Shown here piece by piece: positions 43,169-53,904 of a DNA stretch of 64,000 bases (within the stretch, counting starts at the first letter, position 1; the number at the start of each line of letters is the position of its first letter). The stretch spans positions 96,001 to 160,000 of the forward strand of contig CBDFLE010000006.1 in assembly GCA_965248925.1 (NCBI GenBank). Reading direction: 5' to 3'. Under the pieces are notes generated by a model. That model saw nothing but the letters and a program-made list of their open reading frames with translations, made no database searches and was not told the DNA's origin. Both the position numbers and the translations under genes were made by a program. Source of the stretch: Candidatus Multivoradales bacterium. Its GTDB lineage: Bacteria; Acidobacteriota; Thermoanaerobaculia; Multivoradales; J023.

Positions 43169-43221
43169 AGGCAGCACCGCTTTCAGGGAGCAGCCGTCAA
43201 GGTGCTAAGCTGTCGTTCTCC

Positions 43222-43584
43222 ATGTCTACTTTACCCTTCGAAACCTTCTGGGCTTGGTTACAGCTGCATTCGAACTGCATCGTGCGGGTCGCCACCGCCG
43301 ACGCGGTGCTCCACGACGACGATGATCTGCATTGGTATGCCGGCCCCAACGGCGAGGAGTTGGTATTGCAGCTGATCCGCGGCAAGCGTCTGGTGGGTGA
43401 GCTGCTGATCGACGCCGAACGGGTCAGCTACGTCCAGATACTCGGCGAGGAGCACGAGGGCGAGCACCTCTTCGAGGCCATCTTCGAAACTCCCACTGAG
43501 CGTCTGGCCAGCTATTCCTTTGTGCTTGCCCACGGCTTCGACGACGAGCCTGACTCCACCACCCACAATTTGGCGGTGCACTGA
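43222..43584 (+). CDS. Hypothetical protein
   Basis: Acidic globular ORF MSTLPFETFWAWL... with coding-like codon use. Confidence 0.65.
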   Translation: MSTLPFETFWAWLQLHSNCIVRVATADAVLHDDDDLHWYAGPNGEELVLQLIRGKRLVGELLIDAERVSYVQILGEEHEGEHLFEAIFETPTERLASYSFVLAHGFDDEPDSTTHNLAVH

Positions 43585-43663
43585 GCCGCATGAATTGTGA
43601 CTCAGGGCACCTCTCTGGCACCGTCTTGGTGAGATCGACGACGTAGTGCGGCCAGTCCCTCTC

Positions 43664-43957
43664 TCAGCTCGCTCTCGGGGCTGGGCTCAGTAGGCCGCTG
43701 GCGACCGACTGGCGAAGTTGCTCGAGAAATGCCGCCTCGTCGTGAATCGCCCGGTCGATCTCCGACCGATGGTCGTAGTAGTAGCTCAACGCGGCGTAGA
43801 CGTCGGCCAAGCGCAAGTCCCGGTCGGCGGCGATTTGCGGTGCGCTCTCGCCGTCCCGGCGGTGAGCAACGGCGATATCTTGCACCGTGACCCGCCGGCC
43901 AACGATGTGCGGCTTGCCCTCGGCAACCTGGGGAGTCGTCGTTATATGTTCACTCAT
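43664..43957 (-). CDS. DUF433-domain protein (antitoxin-like)
   Basis: ITTTPQVAEGKPHIVGRRVTVQDI...DVYAALSYYYDH. Confidence 0.88.
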   Translation of the reverse strand: MSEHITTTPQVAEGKPHIVGRRVTVQDIAVAHRRDGESAPQIAADRDLRLADVYAALSYYYDHRSEIDRAIHDEAAFLEQLRQSVASGLLSPAPRAS

Positions 43958-44223
43958 GGCCGTTGATAAATCCAAAACCTGGGCATCGAAGAGTCCCATT
44001 GTACCGCTGAAGACAGTCGCCGGGGCCTGATGTTGGAAATCTGGCACTTTCTCTTCTACCTAGTTGATTCCACGGCGCTCTTTTCTGCATCAAGGCAAAG
44101 CTATTATATCTTATTCTGAATATCTCTATTCTAGGAGCCTACGGACTCGTAGAAATCTCTCGCCGATACAATTTCGCCGACTCCCCTACCCAGAGATGGC
44201 CAGCCGAGCGCACTCCAGCGCAA

Positions 44224-45219
44224 CTAACGGAAGGAGGGTTCGATGTCTTGGGGCCGATTGTCGAGCACCTGCTCGATGCGCTCCAGCACCGCCGGCCCGA
44301 GCTGCTCGGCAACCGCCAAGGCGGCCATGTTCTCGCGCACCTGCTCGGGACTCGAAGCGCCGGTAATCACTGTCGATACCCGTGGGTTCTTCAAACACCA
44401 GGCAATCGCCAGTTGCGCTCGGGTGCAGTCGAGTTCTTCGGCGATGGGCTGCAAGGCGCGCACTTTCGCTGCCACCTCGCGCCACCAATCGCCGTGGTAT
44501 CGGTCTTTCAGGAAGTCGTATCCGGCGAGCGCCAGACGAGAACCCTCGGGGATGCCATCGTCGTACTTGCCGGTCAAGAAACCGCTGGCCAGGGGGCTCC
44601 AGATAGTGGTGCCTAGCCCGATCAGACTGTAGAGGCGGTGGTACTCCTTCTCCACTCGTTCGCGGTGCAGCATGTTGTACTGCGGCTGCTCCATCTGTGG
44701 CGGAATCAGTCGCTCACGCCGGGCGACGGCCCAGGCCTCCATAATCTGCTGCGCACTCCATTCGCTGGTACCCCAGTAGAACGCCTTGCCCTGATCGATG
44801 ACCTGGTTCATCGCTCGCACGGTCTCTTCGATTGGCGTTTGCGGATCCGGGCGGTGGCAGAACAGCAAGTCGACATAGGACATGCCGAGCCGTTCGAGGG
44901 AGGCATCGACCCCTTCGCGGATGTGCTTGCGCGTAAGACCGATGTCGTTCGGTCCCTCGCCGCCCCAAAAGATCTTGGTCGACACCACCAGGTTGGACCG
45001 CTTCCAACCCGCCCGGCGGAAGGCCTCGCCCATGATCTCTTCCGACCGGCCATTGGCGTAGACCTCGGCATTGTCAAAGAAGTTGACCCCAGCTTCGTAG
45101 GCCACGCGCATCGACTCCAAAGCCATATCCACATCGACCTGCTGGCCGAAGGTCACCCACGAGCCGAACGACAGGGCCGAGACCCGCAGGCCGGCTGCTC
45201 CCAAGTAGCGATACTCCAT
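44224..45219 (-). CDS. Aldo/keto reductase (Kv-beta subfamily)
   Basis: [46 protein letters not shown]. Confidence 0.93.
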   Translation of the reverse strand: MEYRYLGAAGLRVSALSFGSWVTFGQQVDVDMALESMRVAYEAGVNFFDNAEVYANGRSEEIMGEAFRRAGWKRSNLVVSTKIFWGGEGPNDIGLTRKHIREGVDASLERLGMSYVDLLFCHRPDPQTPIEETVRAMNQVIDQGKAFYWGTSEWSAQQIMEAWAVARRERLIPPQMEQPQYNMLHRERVEKEYHRLYSLIGLGTTIWSPLASGFLTGKYDDGIPEGSRLALAGYDFLKDRYHGDWWREVAAKVRALQPIAEELDCTRAQLAIAWCLKNPRVSTVITGASSPEQVRENMAALAVAEQLGPAVLERIEQVLDNRPQDIEPSFR

Positions 45220-45293
45220 CAATAGCTCCTTTTTCGAATCAAGAAGAGAACGCGCGGCGGGCATGGGCATGGTAGCGGCCCGACAGCGAGCCT

Positions 45294-46106
45294 TCAATGG
45301 GCAGCTTCAGCGAGCACGTGGAAAGCCACCATCCGAGCTGGCGGAGGCACCGCGCTTTGCGCAGCGAGAACCTGCTCGAGATCCCGAGGATCGTCCCGGC
45401 GGCGAGGCAGCAAGCGCACTCGGTATCCATGGTCGCTCAGCCAAGTCACCACTTGCACCGGCGAGGTCTCTACCTGGCGGCACCAATGTAGCTCGATCAC
45501 CAGCCTTGGCGAGAAGCGCCGCAAGGCTTCTGCCCCGCCCCGCAGCAGTGCCAGCTCATGGCCTTCGACATCGATCTTGATCAGATCGATCTGGCGCACC
45601 GCCCGGTTCTCTTCGAGCCAGTCATCGAGTCGCATTAGCGGTACCGACCCAGGTTCGGCATCGACAGTGGCAACCTCGGAGGAAACCTGGGCCATCGAGT
45701 CGTTGCCGGCGGCGGCGAGCAGGGCTCGGCCGCTGGTCTCGCCCAGGGCGCGGGCCACTAAGTGGACATTGCTGAGCTGATTGCGGCGCAGCGTTCGCGC
45801 CAAGCGGACGGCATTCTCAGGCAGCGGTTCGAAGGCGTAAACCCGGCCGGTGGAGGCTACCAGGCGGGCCGCCACCAGGGCGAAGTAGCCCAAATGGCTG
45901 CCCACATCGAGCACCAACCCGCCAGGCCGCAGGTAACGCTTTAGACAAGCCACCACATGCGGCTCGTGCCAGCCAAGACAGTACCCTGGACGGCGGCGCA
46001 ATGGGACCACCACGCGTAGGCCCCGTGCCGGACCGACTCGCACCTTCCAGGGCCAGGCGCCGAGACAGTCGCTCGCCGACAACAGGGCATGGCGCCACGG
46101 CGTCAA
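45294..46106 (-). CDS. FkbM family methyltransferase
   Basis: [21 protein letters not shown]. Confidence 0.88.
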   Translation of the reverse strand: MTPWRHALLSASDCLGAWPWKVRVGPARGLRVVVPLRRRPGYCLGWHEPHVVACLKRYLRPGGLVLDVGSHLGYFALVAARLVASTGRVYAFEPLPENAVRLARTLRRNQLSNVHLVARALGETSGRALLAAAGNDSMAQVSSEVATVDAEPGSVPLMRLDDWLEENRAVRQIDLIKIDVEGHELALLRGGAEALRRFSPRLVIELHWCRQVETSPVQVVTWLSDHGYRVRLLPRRRDDPRDLEQVLAAQSAVPPPARMVAFHVLAEAAH

Positions 46107-46118
46107 CGAGCAATCACC

Positions 46119-48278
46119 TCAGCGGCCGGACGCCGCGGGCTCTCCGGCGGACGCGGCGGCGCCTGGGGCACCTTGCAGCAGCACCTGCTCCAAGAACAGG
46201 GCCACCGCGCTGTTGTAGAAATCTCGGTTGGACTTTTTGCGAAAGCCATGCCCTTCGTCCTTAGCCAGCATGTACCAAGGACTACCGCCGTTCTTCTTCA
46301 CCACGTCGAAGATCTGCTCGGCTTCGCTAGCCGGTACCCGCGGGTCGTTGAGCCCCTGCGCGATGAACAACGGCCGGGTGATCTTGCGGGCATTGGTGGT
46401 CGGCGAGATCTTCAGTAGATGGCGGCGCATCTCGGCATCGCGCTCGTCGCCATATTCGACCCGTCGCAGGTCGCGGCGATAGCCTTTGGTGTTTTCCAAG
46501 AAGGTGACGAAATTGCTGATCCCAACTACGTCGATACCACCCCGCAAGCGGTCGTTGTAGTGGGTCATCGAAGCCAGCACCATGTAGCCGCCGTAGGAGC
46601 CACCCATCACCACCACCCGCGAGGCGTCAAGCTCCGGCCGGACCTCGATCCAATCGAGCAACTTGCCGATGTCTTGCACCGAGTCTTCGCGCAGAAAACC
46701 GTTGTCGAGCTTGAGATAGGTCTTGCCATAGCCACTCGAACCGCGCACGTTGGGAGCCAACACGGCGACGCCGAGTTCTTCGACCATGAATTGGTAGTTG
46801 GGGTTGAAAGTCGGCCGGAACTGGCCTTCGGGGCCACCATGGATGTTGATCACCACCGGAAATTTGCCGCTACCCCGTGGCCGATAGTAGAAGGCCGGGA
46901 TCTGGCGCGCCTCGCCGTCGACTTCATCGAAGGTGTCGTAATGCACTAAATCGGGCAGCACGAAGCTGTTGGAGTCAAGTCCACCCACCTCACTGTAGGT
47001 CCAACGCTCCACTTCGGCGTTGGCCAGATCCACCACGTAGGCGTCTCCGGGGGTCTGGGATGACACCAAGGTCAGGCCGAGACGCCGCGAATCGGGACTG
47101 AAGCCAATGCCAAAAACCTGGCCCGGGGGCAGCTGCGGCAACTTGGCGGGCCGCCGTGACGGCAATTGCCAAAGATGCAGCTTGGAAACGCCGTCTTGAT
47201 TGACTGTAAAGGCCATGTGCTTACCATCCGGCGCCACCACCACACTGCCCACATTCCAAGGAATATGGGCGGTCAACACCTCCTCCTCGCCACTGCTCAA
47301 ATCGCGGTAGCGCAAGTGAAGAAACTCACTGCCCTCGTCAGAGGCAAAGTACATCCCTTTGCCGTCCGGCGCCCAGTCGGCGGCCGAGTAGGCCACTTGT
47401 TCCGAGGTCCGGTGGAGCGCTTCGAGTTCGCCGCTCTCGAGGTCGAGAATGAAGGGATAGGACTCGTTGGCCGACACGTACTGAGCCACCAAAACCCGGC
47501 GATCATCGGGCGACCAAGAGCCGGGAAACCAGGCGCCGGCTGCCTCCAAGACGGGCTGTGACTCACCCTCGGCTGCGAGGTCCAGCAGGTGAATGTCCCA
47601 GCTCTTGCCATTGCGGCGATTGGTGACATAAACCATGCGGTCGCCTGCTCGCGACAGCGAAGGGGCGGAATTGCGCGAAGTACCGTCGGTCAACAGCTTG
47701 GCAACGCCACTTGCCAGATCGAAGCGGTAGAGCTGAAAATTCTCCGAACCACCCACATCGCGCCCCACCACCGCGCTATTGAGCTTCTCGTGCTGGCTGA
47801 CCGCCACCCCCGACACCGGTTCGTCAAAGAAGGTCAGTTGCTGGCGGGCGCCGCCGGGCCGCTTGACCCAATGCAACTGATTGGTCTCGCCAAAGCGCGT
47901 TGAAATCAGGATTCCTTCACCCGAGGGATGCCACCCCTGGAGCGAAGCCGAGCGGGTATTCTGGTACTGGTGAAGACGCCTGGAGATCCGCTCCGGGATC
48001 TCCGGCATGCCCTTGAGCACCAGGTTGCCAATCTCACGGCGGTCGGCCTGCAAGGGGTGGGTAGCCATCAGCGAAAGTCCAGTCAGCAACACGGCGGAAG
48101 CAGTAAACGGCAGCTTGAACAAGGCGCTCTCCTTCAACGTGGGTCCTAGACCGGCGGTAGATCGCCGGCGGCGGCTTCGCGGGCCGAAATTGGTGAGTCG
48201 GAACTCAGCGCCTCTGCGAAAGCACCTGAATCCCAGAATCCAATACGTAGGAACGGCGCTCAAGTTCTGAAAATCCAT
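46119..48278 (-). CDS. S9 family peptidase (true start probably ~48125)
   Basis: Propeller repeats, HGGPE, GGSYGG, NDPRV, DEGHGF. Confidence 0.92.
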   Translation of the reverse strand: MDFQNLSAVPTYWILGFRCFRRGAEFRLTNFGPRSRRRRSTAGLGPTLKESALFKLPFTASAVLLTGLSLMATHPLQADRREIGNLVLKGMPEIPERISRRLHQYQNTRSASLQGWHPSGEGILISTRFGETNQLHWVKRPGGARQQLTFFDEPVSGVAVSQHEKLNSAVVGRDVGGSENFQLYRFDLASGVAKLLTDGTSRNSAPSLSRAGDRMVYVTNRRNGKSWDIHLLDLAAEGESQPVLEAAGAWFPGSWSPDDRRVLVAQYVSANESYPFILDLESGELEALHRTSEQVAYSAADWAPDGKGMYFASDEGSEFLHLRYRDLSSGEEEVLTAHIPWNVGSVVVAPDGKHMAFTVNQDGVSKLHLWQLPSRRPAKLPQLPPGQVFGIGFSPDSRRLGLTLVSSQTPGDAYVVDLANAEVERWTYSEVGGLDSNSFVLPDLVHYDTFDEVDGEARQIPAFYYRPRGSGKFPVVINIHGGPEGQFRPTFNPNYQFMVEELGVAVLAPNVRGSSGYGKTYLKLDNGFLREDSVQDIGKLLDWIEVRPELDASRVVVMGGSYGGYMVLASMTHYNDRLRGGIDVVGISNFVTFLENTKGYRRDLRRVEYGDERDAEMRRHLLKISPTTNARKITRPLFIAQGLNDPRVPASEAEQIFDVVKKNGGSPWYMLAKDEGHGFRKKSNRDFYNSAVALFLEQVLLQGAPGAAASAGEPAASGR

Positions 48279-48410
48279 CCGGGCACTCTGTCGACGGTGC
48301 TATACTCAGGTGATAATGTCCAAAATATCGTGCACCGGGCTGAAGTCTGAATCTCCTTCCCGCGCCTCACGGTTGGGTCTTGAAGTTCGCTGGTTTCTCG
48401 TGCGAGCGGT

Positions 48411-49610
48411 TTGACTATGATACCGAACATCTTCGATTCCCTACCCACTCTGTTGGTACAATTTTGTCTTTTCCTCGCGGGACTCGTCGTGGCCCTGATG
48501 GTGGTGTTACTCGCTGATATTAGCCAGCGGAGTCGACTGGGTTTGTGGGGCACGCTTCACCATTCTACAAACTGGTTCAAGAACCACCTCGTCGGCTTAA
48601 CTTCAATTCTGGTGCTGATAGTCACCGGATCTGACCTGGTGAGCAGCGTCCGAGCCGACACTCCGACCTCCTCCACACTCTACCTTGCTGGTGGCATGCT
48701 GCTGGCCGCCGTGCTCCTCCAGTATGGCAACGACTTGTTGCAGCGAATTACCAAGATTGGCCCGGTCGAGTTCTCCCCGCAGGAGTTGGTGGATCTCGAT
48801 CTACAGTTCGACGATATCAGCGACCTGCGGTTGCGAGTCATCGCGGACGGAACCCATCTGGCAAAATTCGAGATGAGCAGCGAAAATATGACCCGCTACC
48901 GCAAGTTTCAGCAACTGATCTGGTTCGCCGAATGGTCCGGGATGAAGCAAAGCGATTTGCCCAGGGGTCAGAACTTTCGAGACTCGCTAGCCAAGCTCTC
49001 GGCGGTCGCCATCCAGCTGGAAGAGTTCTCATTCGCGGTCGAATGTGGCGTGCTTCAGAAGAAGGTCGCGAACGATCGACTGGGGCAGAAGAAAGCGCTG
49101 AAGAAGGTGGGGACAGCATTCTTCGACTGGGCTTCCTCGAGCCAGGAAAGTACGGAAGTGGACAAAGCCACGATTCGTAGACTCTACGAGAATGGCAGAG
49201 AGGAATTCGAGGAACTCCGAAGGATGGACCCCGACGATTTCGAAACTCATTTCCTACTCGGCTATATCTACGACGAGATGGCCGAGTACGACCTCGCTAT
49301 CCAGAGCAATCGGGCTGCTCTGAACATTCGCTCAAGATCGGCGGCGACGAAATACAACCTGGCGATCTCTCAGCTCAAACAAGGTTGGCTGGACGATGCG
49401 CACGTCAGCCTAGGACGCATTTCCCCTGGCGACGCAGGGCTGAAAGGCCTGCTCAAGACATGGGAAAACGACCCGGAAGTATGGCAGTTGGATGCCAAAA
49501 TCTGGGGAGGAGACACCGACCTGATAGAGAGGTACGGGAAATGGAAGACCCACGCAAGGCGGCTTCTCACCGATCTGCAGCGGCCAACAAGCGCCAGTCG
49601 ATCAAGCTAA
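48411..49610 (+). CDS. Membrane protein with C-terminal TPR domain
   Basis: Three hydrophobic segments, KIGPVEF, TPRs (HFLLGYIYDEMAEYDLAI; KYNLAISQLKQG). Confidence 0.75.
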   Translation: MTMIPNIFDSLPTLLVQFCLFLAGLVVALMVVLLADISQRSRLGLWGTLHHSTNWFKNHLVGLTSILVLIVTGSDLVSSVRADTPTSSTLYLAGGMLLAAVLLQYGNDLLQRITKIGPVEFSPQELVDLDLQFDDISDLRLRVIADGTHLAKFEMSSENMTRYRKFQQLIWFAEWSGMKQSDLPRGQNFRDSLAKLSAVAIQLEEFSFAVECGVLQKKVANDRLGQKKALKKVGTAFFDWASSSQESTEVDKATIRRLYENGREEFEELRRMDPDDFETHFLLGYIYDEMAEYDLAIQSNRAALNIRSRSAATKYNLAISQLKQGWLDDAHVSLGRISPGDAGLKGLLKTWENDPEVWQLDAKIWGGDTDLIERYGKWKTHARRLLTDLQRPTSASRSS

Positions 49611-49706
49611 CAAAATAAAACAGCTGCAACACGCAACCGGCACCAAGGCGAGGAAGTCGACCACGAGGCGTGCACCCGATTTAGCGCGTCGTGGGGTGGT
49701 GCAGGT

Positions 49707-49757
49707 TCAAGCCGTCGGATCGACCGAAACCTCGAAGGCCTTCTTGTAGACTCGCAT
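49707..49757 (-). CDS. Candidate 16-aa small peptide MRVYKKAFEVSVDPTA
   Basis: GAAAGGAG RBS 5 nt before the ATG. Upstream TTGCGG-16-TAAAAT promoter with extended -10 TG (49798-49825). Confidence 0.5.
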   Translation of the reverse strand: MRVYKKAFEVSVDPTA

Positions 49758-49900
49758 GGTATCTCCTTTCCGCCTAACGGGCGGGGTCCGTGCTCGGATT
49801 TTAGCAGCTTTCCTCACTGCCGCAAAATCAAACCACACTCCTACCCAATACAACCCACGATCCAAGCGTATAATTCCCGATGAGCGCCCCGAAGCCCCCC

Positions 49901-52018
49901 TCAAAGCAGCCGGCGGCGGATGGTCTTGCGGCGTTTGATCTCCTGGTAAGGCTCGATGCCTTCAGCCTGGAAACGCGGCAGCTTCTCGCCCAGGATGCTC
50001 TCGATGTCGCGCACCATCGGTTTCGACAACCAAGTGCCGATCGACGACACGGTGCCGAGCGCGGTGCCGCGAGCGGTCCGCCCCGCGCGGTGGACGTAGT
50101 CTTCCGCCGTCTCTGGCAAGCCGAAGTTGATCACATGCCGAATCACTGGAATGTCGAGACCGCGAGCGGCGACATCGGTGGCCACCAGAATGCGGTACTT
50201 GCCATCACGGAAGTCCCGCAACGCTCGCACCCGCTGCGCCTGACTGCGGTCGGAGTGGATCCGATCGACCGCGAAATTCTCTCGCTCCAACAGGCGAGAC
50301 AGCCACTCGGCATGCAAACGACGGCGGGTGAAGATCAGCGTGCTGCCCTCGATCTCGTTCAGCAACGACACCAGGCAAGGGTTCTTGTCGCGATCGTCAA
50401 CCAGATACAGCCGGTGATCTATCCCTTGCGCAGCGTGGCCCTTGGGGCGGATATCGACCATCTCCGGATCGTGGGTGTACTGCTGTGCCATGCGCTTGAT
50501 CGCCGGCCGCATGGTGGCCGAGAACAGCATCGTCTGGCGGCCCTCGGGGAGCTGCCGCAAGATGTTGTTGATCTGCGGCTGGAATCCCAGGTCGAGCATA
50601 TGATCGGCCTCGTCCAGCACCAGCATCTTGATGCCTTCGAGATGAACATTGCCGCGTTCCATATGGTCGAGCAAACGCCCCGGAGTAGCGACGATCAAAT
50701 CGACGCCGCGACGCAAGCTGTCGATCTGCGGTTGCATCCTGACGCCACCGATCACGCAGACTGTTTTCAGATGATGGTTCTTACTGAACAGATCGAGGAA
50801 AGCCTTGGTCTGTAAAGCGATCTCGCGAGTCGGACAGACAATCACCCCACGGGTGCCCTTGCCATGGTGCAAGCGGGCGGCGATAGGTAACACAAAGGCG
50901 GCGGTCTTGCCCGATCCGGTCTCCGCCAAGCCGATGATGTCGCGCCCTTCGAGGGCATGGGGAATCACCCCGGCTTGAATCGGCGTGGGATGCTCGAAGC
51001 CCACCGCGTGGACTGCGGCAACGATCTCGGCACTCAAGCCGAGGTCGGCAAAACCGCCCTCGGTCGTCGCCACCGGATGTTGCGGAATAGCGCCGGTGGC
51101 CAAGCCATCCGCCACCGCCCCGTCGTCATCGCCTGACCGCCGCGAGCGCCGCGTCTGCACTGGCTTTGCAGACGGCGTCGACTCGGCAACAGCCGTGGGT
51201 CTGGCCACCCGCGGTGAGGTTGCCTCAGCTGACGCGGCCGGTGTAGCCACGGCGGCGGCCGGCTGGTGCCACTGCTTGGGCTCGGATTCCGATCTGGCGG
51301 CAGGTTTGGGCACCGACTTGGACTCGGTTCTCGCCGCCGCCGCTGGCACCTTCTCAACCTGCTCAAGGGCGTCTTTGACCAGCGCCTCCTCGGTCATCTT
51401 GCCGGTCATCTCTCTGGCGGCAGGCTTGGCGACGGCTCGCGCTGGCTGAGGGTGCTGCTGCCGCTCGTCCTCAATGGTTACCTCTCGAGTCGACTGGGCT
51501 GGCCGCGGACGCTTTTCGTCAACAGTGGTTGCCTCTCGGGTCGGACGGTCTGGCTGCGGACGCTTTTCATCGACGACTTTATGCCCTTCTCGGCGCAACA
51601 TCGCCAACGCCTTACCGAGTTTCTTGGCGCGCACTAAAATGTAGTCTGTATCGTAGGTGGAGACTGAGAACAGGCTCACCCTGGCCTTCGCTAGCGGTAC
51701 CGCCAGCGAGGCCAAAACACCGATCAGTGCGAAATCTATCGGCCCCTCTTGTCCTTCGGCCGGTCCCAGCACCCGCACCGCGCGCCAGCCGCGCTCGCAG
51801 CGCAAATCGCCCACTACCTGACGCTCTTCACAAATGATCGACAGCTCGCTAACGCTCCGTGAGATCGAGCTGAAGCTCCCTTCGGTGGCCCAACTCGGAA
51901 CCTCACTCTCGGGTGCCTGACGGCAAACCGCAAACCGCGCCCGCAGCACTTCCAACAGCAACCCATGGGGAGGCGAGGCGGGTTGGCGTGGTCCTTGCCG
52001 GGAGTCGTCTTCACTCAT
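49901..52018 (-). CDS. ACT-domain / DEAD-box RNA helicase fusion
   Basis: N-terminus ELSIICEE...GWR...IGVLASL...STYDTDYILV (CASTOR-type ACT). C-terminus PTPIQ, AETGSGKT, PTRE, DEAD, SAT, ARGLD, HRAGRTAR. Confidence 0.88.
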   Translation of the reverse strand: MSEDDSRQGPRQPASPPHGLLLEVLRARFAVCRQAPESEVPSWATEGSFSSISRSVSELSIICEERQVVGDLRCERGWRAVRVLGPAEGQEGPIDFALIGVLASLAVPLAKARVSLFSVSTYDTDYILVRAKKLGKALAMLRREGHKVVDEKRPQPDRPTREATTVDEKRPRPAQSTREVTIEDERQQHPQPARAVAKPAAREMTGKMTEEALVKDALEQVEKVPAAAARTESKSVPKPAARSESEPKQWHQPAAAVATPAASAEATSPRVARPTAVAESTPSAKPVQTRRSRRSGDDDGAVADGLATGAIPQHPVATTEGGFADLGLSAEIVAAVHAVGFEHPTPIQAGVIPHALEGRDIIGLAETGSGKTAAFVLPIAARLHHGKGTRGVIVCPTREIALQTKAFLDLFSKNHHLKTVCVIGGVRMQPQIDSLRRGVDLIVATPGRLLDHMERGNVHLEGIKMLVLDEADHMLDLGFQPQINNILRQLPEGRQTMLFSATMRPAIKRMAQQYTHDPEMVDIRPKGHAAQGIDHRLYLVDDRDKNPCLVSLLNEIEGSTLIFTRRRLHAEWLSRLLERENFAVDRIHSDRSQAQRVRALRDFRDGKYRILVATDVAARGLDIPVIRHVINFGLPETAEDYVHRAGRTARGTALGTVSSIGTWLSKPMVRDIESILGEKLPRFQAEGIEPYQEIKRRKTIRRRLL
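51440..51575. repeat. 51-bp imperfect tandem repeat in the ACT-helicase linker
   Basis: Units at 51481 and 51532 encode VDEKRPQPDRPTREATT / VDEKRPRPAQSTREVTI; a third unit is degenerate. Confidence 0.7.
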
Positions 52019-52445
52019 GTATCAAGCTCCGTTGCCGAGTCCGAAGGGTCTGACGGATTGTCGGCGAATCGAGGATTTGGGGCAGCGGATGCGCGGTTGG
52101 TCGAGGCCGCGATAGCCCCAATTTGGAGATCGGGGAAGCTCAGCTGACCGATGGGCAGGTTGACTGCGGAGTTTCGCGACCGCCGCCTCGGGCTAGCGGT
52201 CCAGAAGCAGAGGCCCAGGGCAGTGTAGCATCAATGCTGCAACGCTTTGTAGTAGACTGTGGACAGGTCATCCAGCAACAACAGACAGTCTCTCACCGCG
52301 ACCGGAGTCGCTCCATCAGGGCGACGACGACGGCTGAGGAGGCGTCTGGAAACAGACTCTCGGCGCGGGATTATGGAAGGGCGGACTGCCGCGCTGTGCG
52401 GTAGGGAGTCAAGGTGCGAGCAGGCAGTTAGGAGGAAGGGTCCCC

Positions 52446-53825
52446 TTGAGCAAAACACCGAACAGAGGTCGTTGGTCATCACGTCTCGGGTTCATTCTCG
52501 CCGCCTCGGGCTCCGCGATTGGCCTGGGCAACATCTGGCGCTTCCCCTACACGGCGGGAGAGAATGGCGGTGGCGCCTTCGTCTTGATCTATCTCGCCTT
52601 CGTGCTGCTAATCGGCATCCCGGTGCTTCTGGCCGAACTCGCCGTCGGTCGCCACACTCACCGCAATCCGGTCGGCGCCTTCCGCGCCATCTGCCCAGGC
52701 TCGCTATGGCCGGTGGTCGGTGGGCTGGGGGTGCTCACCGGCTTCGGCATTCTGGCTTTCTACAGTGTCGTCGCCGGTTGGACTTTGGGCTATGTGGTCA
52801 AAGCAGCTACTGGCACCTTTAGCGCCAGCCTGACCACCGAGCAAAGCAGCGCTATCTTCCAGAGCCTGGTAGCCAGTCCGTCGAATTCGATTCTGAACCC
52901 AATCCTACTTTCCGGTCTCTTCCTGTTATTGACTGCGCTGGTAGTCCAACGAGGGGTCAGCAAGGGAATCGAAACTGCCTCGCGGATCTTGATGCCAATT
53001 TTTTTCATCCTGCTGGTTGTGTTGGCAGGGCACGCATTGTCCCTCGATGGTGCCAGCGCTGGCTTGAGCTTTCTGTTCAAACCTGATTTCTCGAAGATCA
53101 CCGCGACTGTGGTGGTCAGCGCCTTGGGCCAGGCGCTGTTCAGCCTCAGCCTTGGCATGGGAGCGATGATCACCTATGGCTCTTACTTGCCAGAGGACGA
53201 GGATCTTTCCTCAGCAGGCATCATCGTCGCTCTTTTCGACACCGCCATAGCGATTCTCGCTGGTCTGATCATCTTTCCGGCGCTGTTCCACGCCGGCGCT
53301 GTGCCGGATGCCGGCCCGGGCCTAGTCTTCAAGGTCATGCCGACAATCTTCAACACGCTGCCGGCCGGTTCCCTGTTCGGCTTTGCATTCTACTGCCTGC
53401 TGGCGATCGCCGCCTTGACGTCGACAATCAGCCTGCTCGAAGTGATTGTCGCCTACTTCGTCGACGAGCGCGGATGGAGCCGACGCCGCGCCACATGGGT
53501 GATGGCCGGATCATGCTTCGTACTGGCGATCCCAAGCGCCCTCTCCGCTGGCGCCAACTCCTCGCTGACTAACATGGCTGGAGGTCAGGGATTTCTTGGT
53601 TTGCAGAGCATCGTTTGGGGCAACTACTCGCTGTCAATCGGGGCGTTGCTGATCTGCATCTTTGTCGGCTGGGTGTGGGGAGTGCCGAAAGCACTGGCCG
53701 AGGTCCGGCACGGTGGCGCGGATCTGCCAGGTGCAGCTATCTGGGGAACCCTGGTGCGCTACGTCTGTCCGGTCGCGGTGGCAGTCGTTCTGAGCTACAT
53801 CATCTGGACCGGGCAGTATTTCTAG
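52446..53825 (+). CDS. Sodium-dependent transporter (NSS/SNF family)
   Basis: RGRWSSRLGFILAASGSAIGLGNIWRFPY, GGGAF, QALFSLSLG. Confidence 0.95.
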   Translation: MSKTPNRGRWSSRLGFILAASGSAIGLGNIWRFPYTAGENGGGAFVLIYLAFVLLIGIPVLLAELAVGRHTHRNPVGAFRAICPGSLWPVVGGLGVLTGFGILAFYSVVAGWTLGYVVKAATGTFSASLTTEQSSAIFQSLVASPSNSILNPILLSGLFLLLTALVVQRGVSKGIETASRILMPIFFILLVVLAGHALSLDGASAGLSFLFKPDFSKITATVVVSALGQALFSLSLGMGAMITYGSYLPEDEDLSSAGIIVALFDTAIAILAGLIIFPALFHAGAVPDAGPGLVFKVMPTIFNTLPAGSLFGFAFYCLLAIAALTSTISLLEVIVAYFVDERGWSRRRATWVMAGSCFVLAIPSALSAGANSSLTNMAGGQGFLGLQSIVWGNYSLSIGALLICIFVGWVWGVPKALAEVRHGGADLPGAAIWGTLVRYVCPVAVAVVLSYIIWTGQYF

Positions 53826-53904
53826 TCACCTCTAGAAACTAGCTCAGCGGCCTCGTCGATTGCGACTGGAGTTCTCACCGGTTCGAGGTTCGGTCGCTTG
53901 CGAA

